This document shows positions 29,169 to 43,502 of a stretch of DNA of 64,000 nt, piece by piece. The position numbers were made by a program, and so were the translations under genes. Within the stretch, counting starts at the first letter, position 1. Each line of letters opens with the position of its first letter. The notes beneath the pieces were generated by a model, which was not told the DNA's origin, searched no databases, and saw nothing but the letters and a program-made list of their open reading frames with translations. This stretch comes from Eledone cirrhosa (Eukaryota): positions 27,590,001 through 27,654,000 of the forward strand of contig OZ024748.1 in NCBI GenBank assembly GCA_964016885.1, read 5' to 3'.

Positions 29169-30280
29169 ATGTGTGTATGTATGTATATTTAACTGTGGAA
29201 TACAACCCAAACGCTATGTACCTCGTAACAAAAATTGAGTGCTTCGAACGGAGCGCCGCCTATAACTGTAGTTACACACCTAACTTACACATGTGTGTGT
29301 GTATATATATATGTGTGAGTGCGTGTGTTTGTCTGAGTGCGTGTGTGTCGGTGTGTGTGTTTCAGTCTCTCTCTCTCTCTCTCTTACCCACGCTTTCATT
29401 AGCTAAATTAAACTATAGAACTAACAGTTTTCTCCCTCTATTTCTCTCTCTAACTTACGGTACCATTCTCTCTCTCCACTCTCTCTCTACGTTATTTCTC
29501 ATCTCTTCTTCAGCCTCATTGCCAACATATTTCTGTGATAAAATAAAGTGTGACTTGTACTTAAATGAAATGTAATAAATACATACACAAACATAGAGGG
29601 GGATCGGAGAGCGAGACTAAAAGAGAAAGATAGAGTAATGTGTTTGTGAGATAGTAAAGAAAAAAAGGTTAGGTTGGAGGAAAGGGAGGGAGAAAGATAT
29701 GTTGAGAGTTAGTGAGAGGTTGTTAGAGAGTGGGCGTCTTGATAGATAGATAGAAACAGAGAAATACAAGGTAAGACAGTGGTAAGAGAATCAACGAAAG
29801 ATTGGCACAATGAGAGGGAAGAAGAGAGGGAGAGAAATACTTCGTAAGAGAGAGAGAGAGAGAAATGAGTGAGGAAGAGGAAGGTGGGGCATGAGAGAGG
29901 GGAAAGTGAGACATAAAGGTAAAGCAAGGAAATAGAACGAGATGGATAGAGATAGAAACAGTGAGTAACAGAGAAAGAGTAAGAGAGAAGTATAGGAAAT
30001 AGAGAAGGAGGAGGGAACGAGAGAGATGGAAAGATAAACAGACAGGACGAGAGAAGAGAAAAAGTGAGAAGACAGAAAAAGAAAGAGAGAGAGTACGTTT
30101 GTATATCAAAGTATTTGGCGAAAGAAAAGGAACAAAGTGATATATATATATAGAGAGAGAGAGAGATATATATATATAGATATACAATAGAGTGAGAGAG
30201 AAGGTGACATAGTGTGTGTGTGTGAAAACGAGAAAAAATAAAGAAGCAGTAAAGAAGTTAAAGAGAGCCAGGAAGAGAGA

Positions 30281-30341
<61 letters not shown>

Positions 30342-30481
30342 GGGAGAAGGCCATCAAGAATGACAGGAATGGAAATGAAAAGAGAAAAAGAAAGAGAAAG
30401 CAGGAATTAAGTATATAAAGAAAGTATATACAATTCATTAAGAGAGCGGTAGAGAGAGAGAGACAAAGAGTCCGGTGAAAG

Positions 30482-30521
<40 letters not shown>

Positions 30522-30890
30522 GTACGATAGACAGATAGAGGGGGAATGGAAGGAAAAGACAGTAAGGCAACAGTGGAAAAAAATGAAAAAGACCGAGAGA
30601 GGAAGATACAGAGGGGGGGGGGGTGATGTTGAGTATGAAACAGTGATGGAACAGCAGTAATGTAGATGTGGGACAGTAGAGAGAGAATAAAGGACATCGT
30701 GTAAAATAAGAGAGAGGGGGAAGGGAGTTAGCAAAACAAAAGTCATGTGTAAAAACGATAAGTTAGGTAGGTGTGTATGTATATACACATGTCCACGGAG
30801 AAAAGGTAACAAAGTCGCAATACGTGTATATATATATGTGTGTGTGTGTGTGTGCATGTGTTGTTTGTGTGTGTTGTTTGTGTGATATGT

Positions 30891-31060
30891 GCAGGCATGG
30901 CTGCGTGATTAAGGAATTCGCTTCACAACGTGGTTTTGTGTTCATTACCATTGTGTGGCACCTTGGGCGATTGTCTTCTACTATAGCCTCGGACTTATTT
31001 ATACCTTGTGAGTGAAATTTGGTTGACGGACACAGTGTGGAAGCCTGTTGTGTGTGTATG
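30891..31060 (+). mobile_element. Second tRNA-derived SINE family (degenerate)
   Basis: GCAGGCATGGCTGCGTGATTAAG...GTGGCACCTTGGGCGATTGTCTTCTACTATAGCCTCGG...CCTTGTGAGTGAAATTTGGTTGACGGA. Related fragments at ~26155-26252 and ~48780-48890. Confidence 0.7.
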
Positions 31061-31442
31061 TATGTATGCGTGCGTGCTGTTTATGTCCCGTAACATATGC
31101 ACCAGACTTGAAAAAAGTACTGGAGTCGATATGATCGACTAAAAATCCCTCCGAGGCGTTGCCCCGACATAGTCCTAATGTATTGAATGAACCCAGTAAG
31201 AATTTATACCATACATAAACACACATATACATATTTTATAAGAGTGCTTCTGTATTTCGAAATGTGTGCATGTGCGTGTCGTATTTATGTGCATATATGG
31301 CTGATATATATGGTGTGTAGGATGTGTGAAATAGATAAAGCAGTCCAAAATCAAAGAAGCATATTTGCACAATGCTTCCTTCCAGTAGCACGGAACACCA
31401 ACAACATCAGCAACAGAAATGAAGTGAACCACGACACAACAA

Positions 31443-31480
31443 CAAATGACTCTCGCTCTCTCTTAGTTCATCTTATATAG
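31443..31480 (-). promoter_or_regulatory. Candidate TATA + Initiator core promoter
   Basis: Minus strand TATATAAG (31479-31472) and TCATTT Inr with +1 A at 31447, a 32-nt spacing, in a unique non-repetitive island. Confidence 0.3.
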
Positions 31481-31589
31481 CAACGGCTGGCAGTCAGTCA
31501 GTACATATACACTGACTACGGCTCGCTCTCTCACTCTCACACACGTACGTAGATCCATACATAAATGCATAAACACACACATACACACA

Positions 31590-31692
<103 letters not shown>

Positions 31693-32044
31693 TCTCTTTC
31701 TCTCTCTCTCTATATATATATATAGAGAGAGAGACACACAGAGAGACAATGAGAGAGAGGTAAAATCTCGACCGCGGCGCCATACATGATAGTTAAGCCG
31801 TTGCGTCCCGCAATTGGAAGTTGATGATGATAAATGTGATGGTAGCGATGGAGATGGTGGCGATGGCAATAGTATTGATGACGATCGCGATGGTATTGAT
31901 GACGATGGCAACGATGATGATATGGTGTTGATGATAATGATGGTGGTGATGATGATGGTGATGATAACAACAAAAGCAGAAGTCCGAAGTGATGGCAAGC
32001 CAACCAGCTGAGTGAGGGTGGTGGTATTAGTAGTGAAAGTGTTA

Positions 32045-32480
32045 TCAGACCTGATCAAGCCATTCCAATCATGACCATCCTGCCTTGTTTGTTGAACGTT
32101 TTATTTCTCCAAACTATATTATCCGATGTGTCCTTCCTTTTTCAAACCAGTATGGGAAGATTTAGCTGCTATTTCTAGCACGGCGAGCGACTGCAGAGAG
32201 GCACTTGGGTATAATGTCGGTTAGCCTTGATCGAGCACAAATATGATCCAGCCGTGACCACACCGTCTTCTTGTATATCTGGGACTACATTGTCAAATGT
32301 GCCCTTCCTATTATAAGACGGTTGCTTGGGAATTGAGGGAAAGTTAACAGCTATCTCTAGTAAGCCGAGCGACCGCGTAGAGGTTACCTCGTCACTTGTT
32401 GATTGTTCATTTATTTAGTTCAGCTTTTATATAGCAAACCTATGTATAATCAAAAGCGATCCAGTCGTGACCATCCCGTA
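32045..32480. repeat. Tandem degenerate copies of a dispersed repeat (GTGACCATCC...GCTGCTATTTCTAGCA)
   Basis: About 2.5 copies here, with relatives at ~35100-35370 and ~38815-38900. Confidence 0.65.
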
Positions 32481-32490
32481 GGGTCCCAAC

Positions 32491-32542
<52 letters not shown>

Positions 32543-32546
<4 letters not shown>

Positions 32547-32743
32547 GAACGAGTAGGACCCCGACGGCTGAGCTCAAGCCGTTTCGACGGCTAATTCTGG
32601 ACTAATTCAGAATTAGCCGTCGAAACGGCTTGAGCTCAGCCGTCGGGGTCCTACTCGTTCCTATTACCCACTCTACTACCCTAAGTATTGAGTACTTTGG
32701 TGCGTTATTGTCCACCTGGTTCCTTACCACATTTCCTTCGTTA
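32543..32743 (+). mobile_element. Half-HHR fold-back element, copy 1
   Basis: Palindrome 32543-32664 centred on GACGGCTAATTCTG-loop-CAGAATTAGCCGTC, followed by GAAACGGCT(TGAGCTC)AGCCGTC and a unique tail ending in (TA)n. Confidence 0.8.
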
Positions 32744-32757
32744 TATATATATATATA

Positions 32758-33202
32758 TAAGCAATGAGTTATTTAATTTGTTGGTTATTCAACAAATTTA
32801 GTTTATAACAGATCAGAAGCACTCTACAATATTTCTTCTGGGGTATAATATCAATAATATTAATAAATGGAAACTATCTTTATAAATCTATATTTATTTT
32901 ATTATATATATGGCAGTATCGGTAGAGCGTCGGACGCCATGCTTTGCAGCATAGTTACGTCCCTTTACGGACTGAGTTCAAATCCCGCCGAGGTTAACTT
33001 TGCCTTTCATCCTTACGGGGTCGATAAAATAAAGTACCAGTAATACACTGGAGTAATTGCTGGCCTTGTGCCAAATGTAGAAACAATTATATGTATTTCA
33101 AGGGTGTTAAACATTTTGGAACGCACTCATCAGATAAAATACAAAAGTTGTTTTACAGATAGTGACATATTCAAGACAAGAACTTAGCGTTTTGAGTTCT
33201 GT

Positions 33203-33208
<6 letters not shown>
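32758..33208 (-). mobile_element. HHR-bearing PLE-type terminal module, interrupted by a SINE
   Basis: Homologous to 44210-44425 and 49080-49500. The HHR spans 32895-33141 (UAUUUUAU-CUGAUGA...GAAA) and is split in stem III by the SINE. Confidence 0.8.
32911..33088 (+). mobile_element. Main tRNA-derived SINE inside an HHR
   Basis: Near-full SINE flanked by TATATATA and TATATGTA (probable TSD). Confidence 0.92.
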
Positions 33209-33254
<46 letters not shown>

Positions 33255-33258
<4 letters not shown>

Positions 33259-33461
33259 CGAAGGAGGTGTGGTAAGGAACCAGATGGACCATAACGCACC
33301 AGAGTACTCAATACTTAGGGTAGTAGAGTGGGTAATAGGAAAATGTTTGACTCCGACGGCAGAGCTCGAGCCGTTTCGACGGCTATTTCTGGACTATTTC
33401 AGACCAGAAATAGCCGTCGAAACGGCTCGAGCTCTGCCGTCGGAGTCAAACATTTTCCTAT
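33255..33461 (-). mobile_element. Half-HHR fold-back element, copy 2 (inverted, diverged)
   Basis: Palindrome 33335-33461. Its tail 33255-33335 is the reverse complement of 32665-32743. Confidence 0.8.
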
Positions 33462-33508
33462 ATATATGTGTGTGTGTGTGTATTTATATATATATATATA
33501 TATATATC

Positions 33509-33710
33509 AATTAGTGTGGGATGCTTAAAGCGTTTGAGCACTCGATGCTCTTACAGAGCAGCTTCGAAGAATCGAGACGTATCTTGCGATTTCAGATCAG
33601 GTTCGATCATCGCATCGATTGTGCCTCGAGCTGGTCGCCAGAGAAACGATTGCAATATGTCTAATACATTTTATTTCGTCGCACCACTGATTCTCCGTTT
33701 CTTATGTGAT
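33509..33710 (+). mobile_element. Degenerate copy of the 23.05-23.3 kb HHR element
   Basis: Shares GGATGCTTAAAGCGT...GCACTCGATGCTCT and GTGCCTCGAGCTGGTCGCCAGAGAAACGATTG. The CUGAGGA core is deleted and GUA is changed to GCA. A further remnant lies at 43440-43500 (-). Confidence 0.8.
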
Positions 33711-33713
33711 ATA

Positions 33714-33899
<186 letters not shown>

Positions 33900-34040
33900 C
33901 ATGTATATATATATATATATATATACATATGTATATATATGTATATATGTATATATATATATGTATATGTATATATATGTATATGTATGTATATAGGTAT
34001 ATGTATGTATGTATATATGTGTGTGTATATATATATGAGC

Positions 34041-34142
<102 letters not shown>

Positions 34143-34153
34143 ATGTATGTATG

Positions 34154-34218
<65 letters not shown>

Positions 34219-34221
<3 letters not shown>

Positions 34222-34419
34222 GGAACGAGTCGGACCCCGACGGCTGAGCTCAAGCCGTTTCGACGGCTAATTCTGGACTAAAAAGAATTAGCCGTCGAAA
34301 CGGCTTGAGCTCAGCCGTCGGGGTCCTACTCGTTCCTATTACCCACTCTACTACCCTAAGTATTGAGTACTTTGGTGCGTTATTGTCCACCTGGTTCCTT
34401 ACCACATTTCCTTCGTTAT
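34219..34419 (+). mobile_element. Half-HHR fold-back element, copy 3
   Basis: Near-identical to 32543-32743; differs in the loop and at a few bases. Confidence 0.8.
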
Positions 34420-34694
34420 ATATATATATGAGCATATATACATATATATATGTATATATATGAGCAAGACATTATTTCACGCTGTTCCAGCCCAGTCCTC
34501 TCAGCTGGCAAAAACGAGTTGTACCTGTAATTCGAAGACCCAGTTTTGTTACATTCGTGTTATGCTGAATCTCACTAAAAACTACGTTATGGGTAGGTGG
34601 AATGCTCAGCCACTGCGGTAATTTCACGAGCAGCTTGTTCCATTGGTCGGACTTGTCCCAACTGGATCACTCGTCGTTCTAACCGACGGAGTGC

Positions 34695-34854
<160 letters not shown>

Positions 34855-34904
34855 CATATATATATATATATATATATTTACATATATATATATATATATA
34901 TATT

Positions 34905-35068
<164 letters not shown>

Positions 35069-35384
35069 GACTACATTGTCTAACATGTCAGTCCTTTTAT
35101 CCAAGCAATATGTTGTGATTTGAAGTAGATTTAGTGGCTACTTCAAACATGTCGGGCGACAGCGTGAAGGATTTTCGTTGAGTGTTGTCATTTAGCCCTA
35201 GGACACAATTGACTGACCCCATCTATGATCAAAGGTGTTCCAGTCGTGCCATCCTGCCTCCCCCCCCCTTTCTTTTAAAAGCGGTCTATCTTGGACTATT
35301 ATTTCTCCCTTTAAAAAATTAGAATATAATTTGAGTAATGATTGGGCTGCTATTTCTAACAGGTCGTTGTAGTGACACTAGTTA

Positions 35385-36112
35385 TGATGATGGTGGTAGT
35401 GGTGCTGGTGGATGGACTGGTGGGGGTTGTAATGGGGGGGGGGTTGTAATAGTGGTGGCAGATGTGAAAGTGGTGGTGGTGGTGGTGGTTTTGGTGTCAG
35501 TGGTTGTAATGGTGATGTTAGTTTTGGTGACGGTGCTGGTGGTGCTGGTCGTTGTAATGATGATGCTGATACTGGTGGTGGTGGTGGTGGTGGTGGTGGT
35601 GGTGATGCTGTTACTGGTTTTGGTAGTGGTGGTGGTGATGCTAGTTTTGGTGGCGATGATGGTGCTGGTGGTGGTGGTGGTGGTGGTGGTGGTGATGCTA
35701 GTTTTGGTGGCGATGATGGTGTTGGTGGTGGTGGTGGTGGTGGTGATGCTAGTTTTGGTGGCGATGATGGTGCTGGTGGTGGTGGTGGTGGTGGTGGTGC
35801 TAGTTTTGGTGGCGGTGCTGGTGGTGGTGATGCTAGTTTTGGTGATGGTGGTGATGGTGCTGGTGGTGGTGGTGGTGGTGGTGGTGCTAGTTTTGGTGAT
35901 GGTGCTGGTGGTGGTGATGCTAGTTTTGGTGGCGATGATGGTGATGGTGGTGATGGTGCTGGTGGTTGTAATGATGATGCTGGTTTTGGTGGTGGCATTG
36001 GTGGTGGTGGTGGTGGTGATGCAAGTTTTGGTGGCGGCGATGGTGGTAGTTGGGATGGTGGTGGTGGTTTTGGTAGCTGTGGTGCTGGTGACGGGGCTGG
36101 TATCAGGTGGTG
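35385..36112. repeat. (GGT)n-derived low-complexity repeat with GATGCTAGTTTTGGT motif
   Basis: Directly visible. Confidence 0.92.
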
Positions 36113-36356
36113 ACAGGATGAGGAATATATATACATATATTTTTCTTATCCTAGAAAACAGAAGCAAGGTGGTTGCCCCGTAGAATGGCAGCACGTCTTA
36201 CTATCCCCGTCTCCATAATTACACTATTTCTCTCTCTCTTTCTCTCTCTCTTTCCACCTCTATTTCCTCCGTGTTTGTCTCTTTGCCTCTCTCTCTACCC
36301 CAATCTCCCTCTATATCTCTTTCTCTCTACGCCTGTCTTTCTTTCTCTCTCTCCCT

Positions 36357-37060
<704 letters not shown>

Positions 37061-37509
37061 CTCACTTTTTCCTCCACTATTTTCTTCTTGTCATTTTCTT
37101 ACTACCTAAATTTGCTATTTCTTTTGTCCTTTTTTCCTTTACATTTATCCTCTCTCTCTCACTCTTACACTTATTTATACTCTCTCTTCCACTCTTTCAC
37201 TTTTCCTCTTTCTCTCTTTCTCTCTTTCTCCTCTTTCTCTCTTTCTCTCTTTCTCTCTTCCTCTCGTTCACTCTCTGTCTCTTCCCCTATATCACTCTTT
37301 CTTATTGCCACTATTTCTTAACTCTCTGAAACTCTGTTAATCTTTCCCTTTCAGTTACTCTCTCTCTCTCTCTCTCTCTCTCTCATTCGCTCTGTCCATC
37401 ACACCCTCCTCCTCATTCTTTCTCGCTTTCTACACAACACTCATCACATTCTTTCTCTTTCTCTCTCCACCATTTATCTATCACACAATATTACATTACT
37501 TACCAGAAA

Positions 37510-38272
37510 CACACACTCTCTCTTTCTCTATATATCACTATCACCCCCTCTCTCTCTCTCTCTATCACTGTCACATTGTCTTTCTCTGTATAATATCACT
37601 CACTCACACACTCTCTCTCTCGATCATACTGCTTGTCACTATCACACTCTCTCTTTCTCTATATATCACTATCACACTCTCTCTTTCTCTATATATATCA
37701 CTATCCCACTCTCTCTCTCTCTCACTGTCACATTGTCTTTCTCTGTATAATATCACACTCACACTCTCTCTCTATCATAGTACCTGTCACTATCCCACTC
37801 TCTCTCTGTATAATATCACACTCACACACTCTCTCTCTATCATAGTGCCTGTCACTATCCCACACTCTCTCTCTGTATAATATCACACTCACACTCACAC
37901 TCTCTCTCTCTATCATAGTGCCTGTCACTATCCCACTCTCTCTCTGTATAATATCACACTCACACACTCTCTCTCTCTATCAGTGCCTGTCACTATCCCA
38001 CACTCTCTCTCTCTCTCACTATCCCACACTCTCTCTCTGTATAATATCACACTCACACACTCTCTCTCTATCATAGTGCCTGTCACTATCCCACACTTTC
38101 TCTCTCTATCACTGTCACATTGTCTTTCTCTGTATAATATCACACTCACACTCACACACTCTCTCTCTATCATAGTGCCTGTCACTATCCCACTCTCTCT
38201 CTCTGTATAATATCACACTCACACTCACACACTCTCTCTCTATCATAGTGCCTGTCACTATCCCACTCTCTC
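37510..38272. repeat. ~60-70-bp minisatellite (GTGCCTGTCACTATCCCACTCTC...TGTATAATATCACAC)
   Basis: About ten tandem copies. Confidence 0.9.
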
Positions 38273-38933
38273 TTCATCAGACTATAACAGACAGTAAAGA
38301 CAGAAAACCGACAAAATAAGTTCAACAACTGAAATGCTTTGCTCAGTCGTTCTCACACAACACAACTAATACTGGGACATCTACCTTCTTATTTCACCCT
38401 CTCTTCTCCCCCTCTCTCACTCACTTTCACCATCTCTACAGCCTGCTCGCCTCCCTTTTACTCTCTTTGCTTCCCTCTCAGTTTCTTTCAACATCTCCAC
38501 TGCCTCCTCCCTCCCTCCCCGTCTCTCTCTATCTATCTCTCTCTCCCTCTCTCTCCCAGTATCGTTAAATCTCCTTCTCCCTTTCTCTACATGCTGTGGT
38601 GACAAGCAGCCAAATAATGGCTCTTTTCTTTCGAGGTAACGAAATTCTTTCCATGGTGCGACATTACTTTTCTTCTCTTTGGTATCACCATCACTTCATA
38701 CCATCACCACCACTACTACTACTACTACCGCCACCTCAACTATAACCACTACTACCACTATTACAACCAATACTACTACAAACCTTACAACCATAGTATA
38801 TCAATACCTACTGTATCCGAATGTGTCATTCCTTTCTTAAAACGGTTTGAGGTATACTGGACTGCTATTTCTAGCATAGTAAGCGTTTACATAGAGGTTC
38901 CCATGCTAGCTTGTCTTACTGAAAGTCATTTAA

Positions 38934-39095
38934 CTCTTAATATCCTGTAATAATTTAGGAGAAAATATCTAAAAACAGGTTTGATCATTCAAATGTTTAT
39001 AGTATCTTAATTAGTTGCAAAAATGTGATGCAGTGATGATGCTGTTTTTGTAGTTTCCACGAATGTCTTGGTAATGGGGTACAGAATATTAAGAG
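38934..39095. mobile_element. piggyBac-type MITE
   Basis: 16-bp TIRs CTCTTAATATCCTGTA / TACAGAATATTAAGAG (1 mismatch), flanked by TTAA on both sides (38930-33 and 39096-99). Confidence 0.7.
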
Positions 39096-39513
39096 TTAAT
39101 CCATATCCAATCACCACCTTATTGTTAGACATATTGCACCTGAGACGGACCACAATATAGAATCAACAAATTACACACAGGAAAGAAAAAAGTGAAATAC
39201 AGTTTCATAAGACGAACAGACATCTTCAGCTCTCCCTCGTCAGCCACTTTGCTAGAGTGTAATTTTGGCATATTGAGGAAAAAGAAAGAGAATCAAAAAA
39301 AGATAATACGGAAAAGGAATGAAGGAAAGAATAAAAGAAAAAAAGACAATCAAGCAAACAATGAATGAAGAAAGACGAGATGAAAGAGTGAAAAGAAAAA
39401 AGGATAGACAGAAACAAAGAGAGGATAAAAGAAACGAAAAGTAAAAATGAAGAACAAACATGAAAAGTATTTGAGATGAAATCTTGAAGAAAATCTTACA
39501 CGAGATCCGTTTG

Positions 39514-39693
<180 letters not shown>

Positions 39694-40477
39694 AAGGCAT
39701 AAAAAAGTGAGTGAGTTGTGTCGATAAAATATAGTCCAGGGTTGTGCATTTGTAGAATTGTTAGAGCATCGGATAAAGTGTGTTGTGGTATGTGTTCCAG
39801 TTGTTGAACAGTAATGGAAAGACCAATGGAAACATTGTTTCTTTGCTCCCATCTCACCATTGGCTCTTTTTTTCCGTTTGTATTTTTTTTTTTTTTTTTG
39901 CTCTATGTTTAAATCAAGCTGTGTCCTAGTAAACTTGATATGTCACCCAGTTTAACACCTCCACCTTGCCCATGGCTGGTAGACTTATTTTGTCACCTAG
40001 TTTGACACGATCTCGTGATACTTGGATGGTACACTTAATCTGCCATCCAGTTTAACTCAACCACCTGACCCTTGGGTATCTTTATTATAAATAATTGAAC
40101 CATGGCTCACGTTTAAAGATACCTTCCTTACCCCACTTCTCCACTATGACTAAAACAGCAAAAACATATCGGATACTGCAAAACTGAGAGAAATTATGTT
40201 TGAAAAGATGATCATGTCGAGAATGATTAGAATGCTTATATTATAGATCTATTCATTTGATGTTGACCTGGGGCTAAATAACATATGTAGACAACATATA
40301 CCCTCAACCATCCATAAAAATCTAACCAATATATCATTCTGAAACACACACACCCACATAATAAAACCATTTAACTACCCATCAGATCATCCTAAAAGAA
40401 ATCTACACAAACCATCCATCTAACCATCAGGCCATTCTGGAATCCATACAAACTCTCACTAAACCAATATTCTAACT

Positions 40478-40960
40478 TTCTTCTTGAGTCATCCGATACT
40501 CCGAGGCTGTGGTGAGGCATTGATAAAGTTCGAGCTCCAGAGTCCTCGGTCAACCATTGCAACACATAAATCTGTTCCTTTGAGGTCTGTATCTACCTCT
40601 ATGATTGATTTCAAGGTGATATATAGTTGGCCAACACGTCTCTTGACATCTGGAAGTCCAGAAGAGCAATCTTCCAGCGGATTCCTCTTAGCGAGTGACA
40701 TGGCTGGCAAGGACCAGACTTCGACGCCTCACATCAGCAGGGATGCGAAGCAGGAATCAATACAGAGACTTGCAGGAGATGTTTTATGCCGACCGTAACA
40801 TTCTAGTATATGTACCATTGAGTCTCTTGCAGCGAACAGCATTCAATGTCCATGACTCCGAACCGTACAGACGGATCGTTTCTATACAGACCAGAAACAT
40901 CCACGTTTTTGTGTCTTTGTGGATGGCCGCCTTCCACACTTTCTGCGAAGACTGAAGCAC
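40478..40960 (-). mobile_element. 3' fragment of an RTE/RTE-X-type LINE (pseudogenised)
   Basis: Minus-strand translation KVWKAAIHKDTKTWMFLVCIETIRLYGSESWTL...RLNGTYTRMLR...RRRSLVLASHVTR...AMVDRGLW matches the post-RT region of RTE-group ORFs. It has stops and a short AAG tail. Confidence 0.82.
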
Positions 40961-40984
40961 ATTCCACGACTATTATTTACAACC

Positions 40985-41452
40985 ATTCAACCAGCCAACT
41001 AACCACCAACCAGCCAGTTATCTAATGATCCAACCATCCAACCAGTTATCCAACCAACCAAACATCCACCCTCCAACCATCCACCCTCCATCCAACCAGC
41101 CAACCATCCACCCTCCATCCAACCATCCAACCATCCAACCAACCAGCCAACCATCCACCCTCCATCCAACCATCCAACCAACCAGCCAACCATCCACCCT
41201 CCATCCACCCTCCATCCAACCAACCAGCCAACCATCCACCCTCCATCCAACCATCCACCCTACATTCGCCCTCCCTCCAACCATCAACCATCCATCCAAC
41301 CACCCAACCTCCATCCAACCATCCACCATCCATCGAACTATCCAACCATCCATCCAACCAACCACCCATCCACCCTCCATTCAACCATCCACCCTCCATC
41401 CACCCAACCACCCTCCATCCAACCAACCACCCTCCATCCAACCATCTATCTA
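40985..41452. repeat. (CCAT/CCAA/CCCT)n tetranucleotide repeat
   Basis: Directly visible. Confidence 0.93.
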
Positions 41453-41755
41453 ACGATCAGTCAGTCTCTTCATCTATCCGAGCAACCATTAATCCGTGCA
41501 GCCTGCAGCCATGGGATCTCCAGCGAGCTAACCCCCTTACAACCCTATCCACTACCTAGCTATCCTCCTGTATACCACCATCACCTCCATATTGTCTACC
41601 ACCACCACCAACCCTGTCTTCTACCACTCCCAACATGCCAAGTGTCATGAGCAACAACCATTAGGTTGGATGAAGAAGAAAGACCAGTTGTTTTCTTTGC
41701 TATTCCCCTTCACTCAACCTCCCACTCTTTACCCTCTCTCTTTCTATCTTGTTAT

Positions 41756-41847
<92 letters not shown>

Positions 41848-41902
41848 CTCATTCATTTGTTTGTAAAACAATCGGTCACCTTCATTCATTTTTGTTGCGC
41901 AC

Positions 41903-41958
<56 letters not shown>

Positions 41959-42285
41959 ACACATACGTATACCTACATTTATCACTCTTTCTATCCTATA
42001 TAATGTATATATATGAAATATGTGTATGTATGTATCTCGTTTAGCCCACCTCTGTGAAATAAGATCTAACACCAAAGTCCAATCACGCATTCTAGCCTGC
42101 TCTGTTCGAGATCCTGTCACCGGCACCGAACGCAGACTGGTGGGTAAATCAGCGGCTTGCCTTGAAGTGTCATTCAAGGCATAAACTTAAAACAATGAAC
42201 CTAAAAGATTGTTCAACCCTCATTCGTCGAATCGAAGGGAGAATCTATCATATATATATATATATATTATATATACATATATATA

Positions 42286-42324
<39 letters not shown>

Positions 42325-42349
42325 TGTAATAAACAACATGAAATAATTA

Positions 42350-42410
42350 TTTCATTTACCAGTGGTTTCTTGAAAGCAAACAAAATTTGCTTTCAGTCAT
42401 CAGAATGAAA
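42350..42410 (-). ncRNA. Type I hammerhead ribozyme (left arm)
   Basis: Reverse complement of 43203-43263. Confidence 0.85.
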
Positions 42411-43202
42411 AAATCCTGGTGTATTTATTGACAGTGGATTTTAAACAAAAAACTTTTTGTTTAAAATCCACTGTCAGGCATACGTTAAGAAGGGCGTTCG
42501 TGAAAGTGAAAGTAAATTTTTTGACAAGTGAATTTTTTTTTTCTTTTTTTACAATGAAAGTTACGATACACACGCAATTGTATGGATTTCTTAAAATATA
42601 TATATGTGTGGGTGTGTATATGTGTGTATATATGTGTGTACACTGTGAATTTGTTTGTTTATTTACAACAGGTCTCTATAGTGATATGGTGTTAATTAGT
42701 ATTGCGTGTGTGATTATTTTTTCTTATATATATATATGTGGGTGTGTATATGTGTGTATATATATGTGTGTCTATATGTATATATATATGTGTGTTTGTA
42801 TATATATATATGTGTTTGTGTCATCATCATCGTTTAGATGTTTTTGTAATATCTTGCTATTTAAAAACACACAATGTCATTATTTTAAAAAAAAATTTCC
42901 GTACACACAATACACAAAAAAAGAAAAAGAAAAAATAATCACACACGCAATACTAATTAACACCATATCACTATAGAGACCTGTTGTAAATAAACAAACA
43001 AATTCACAGTGTACACACATATATACACACATATACACACCCACACATATATATATTTTAAGAAATCCATACAATTGCGTGTGTATCGTAACTTTCATTG
43101 TAAAAAAAGAAAAAAAAAATTCACTTGTCAAAAAATTTACTTTCACTTTCACGAACGCCCTTCTTAACGTATGCCCTACTGTCAATAAATACACCAGGAT
43201 TT

Positions 43203-43263
43203 TTTCATTCTGATGACTGAAAGCAAATTTTGTTTGCTTTCAAGAAACCACTGGTAAATGAAA
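43203..43263 (+). ncRNA. Type I hammerhead ribozyme (right arm)
   Basis: Stem I UUUCAUU/AAUGAAA (7 bp); CUGAUGA; stem II UGAAAGCAAA/UUUGCUUUCA (10 bp, closed by a C.A mismatch); GAAA; stem III CC(ACU)GG; GUA cleavage after 43256. Confidence 0.88.
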
Positions 43264-43356
43264 TAATTATCTTATGTTGTTTATTACATAACTATTAAGC
43301 TCTGTCACCTACATAGAGCACTCTTTTTTCCTGGACCTTTCCGACGGAATTACTTC

Positions 43357-43431
<75 letters not shown>

Positions 43432-43502
43432 TATATATATCACAAAAAAGAGAGAATCAGTGTTGCGACGAGTGAATTTTTTGGGACATATATCGATCGA
43501 TG

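Larger units (their letters stand above)
42318..43295. mobile_element. Long inverted repeat (~370-410-bp arms, ~200-bp spacer) with an HHR in each arm
   Basis: 42318-42725 is the reverse complement of 42927-43295. (TA)n lies on both sides. Confidence 0.9.

Noticed and set aside
35338-36194. Extensin-like Pro-rich and Thr-rich ORFs
   Set aside because: A (GGT)n-derived repeat open in several frames; no splice or domain support.
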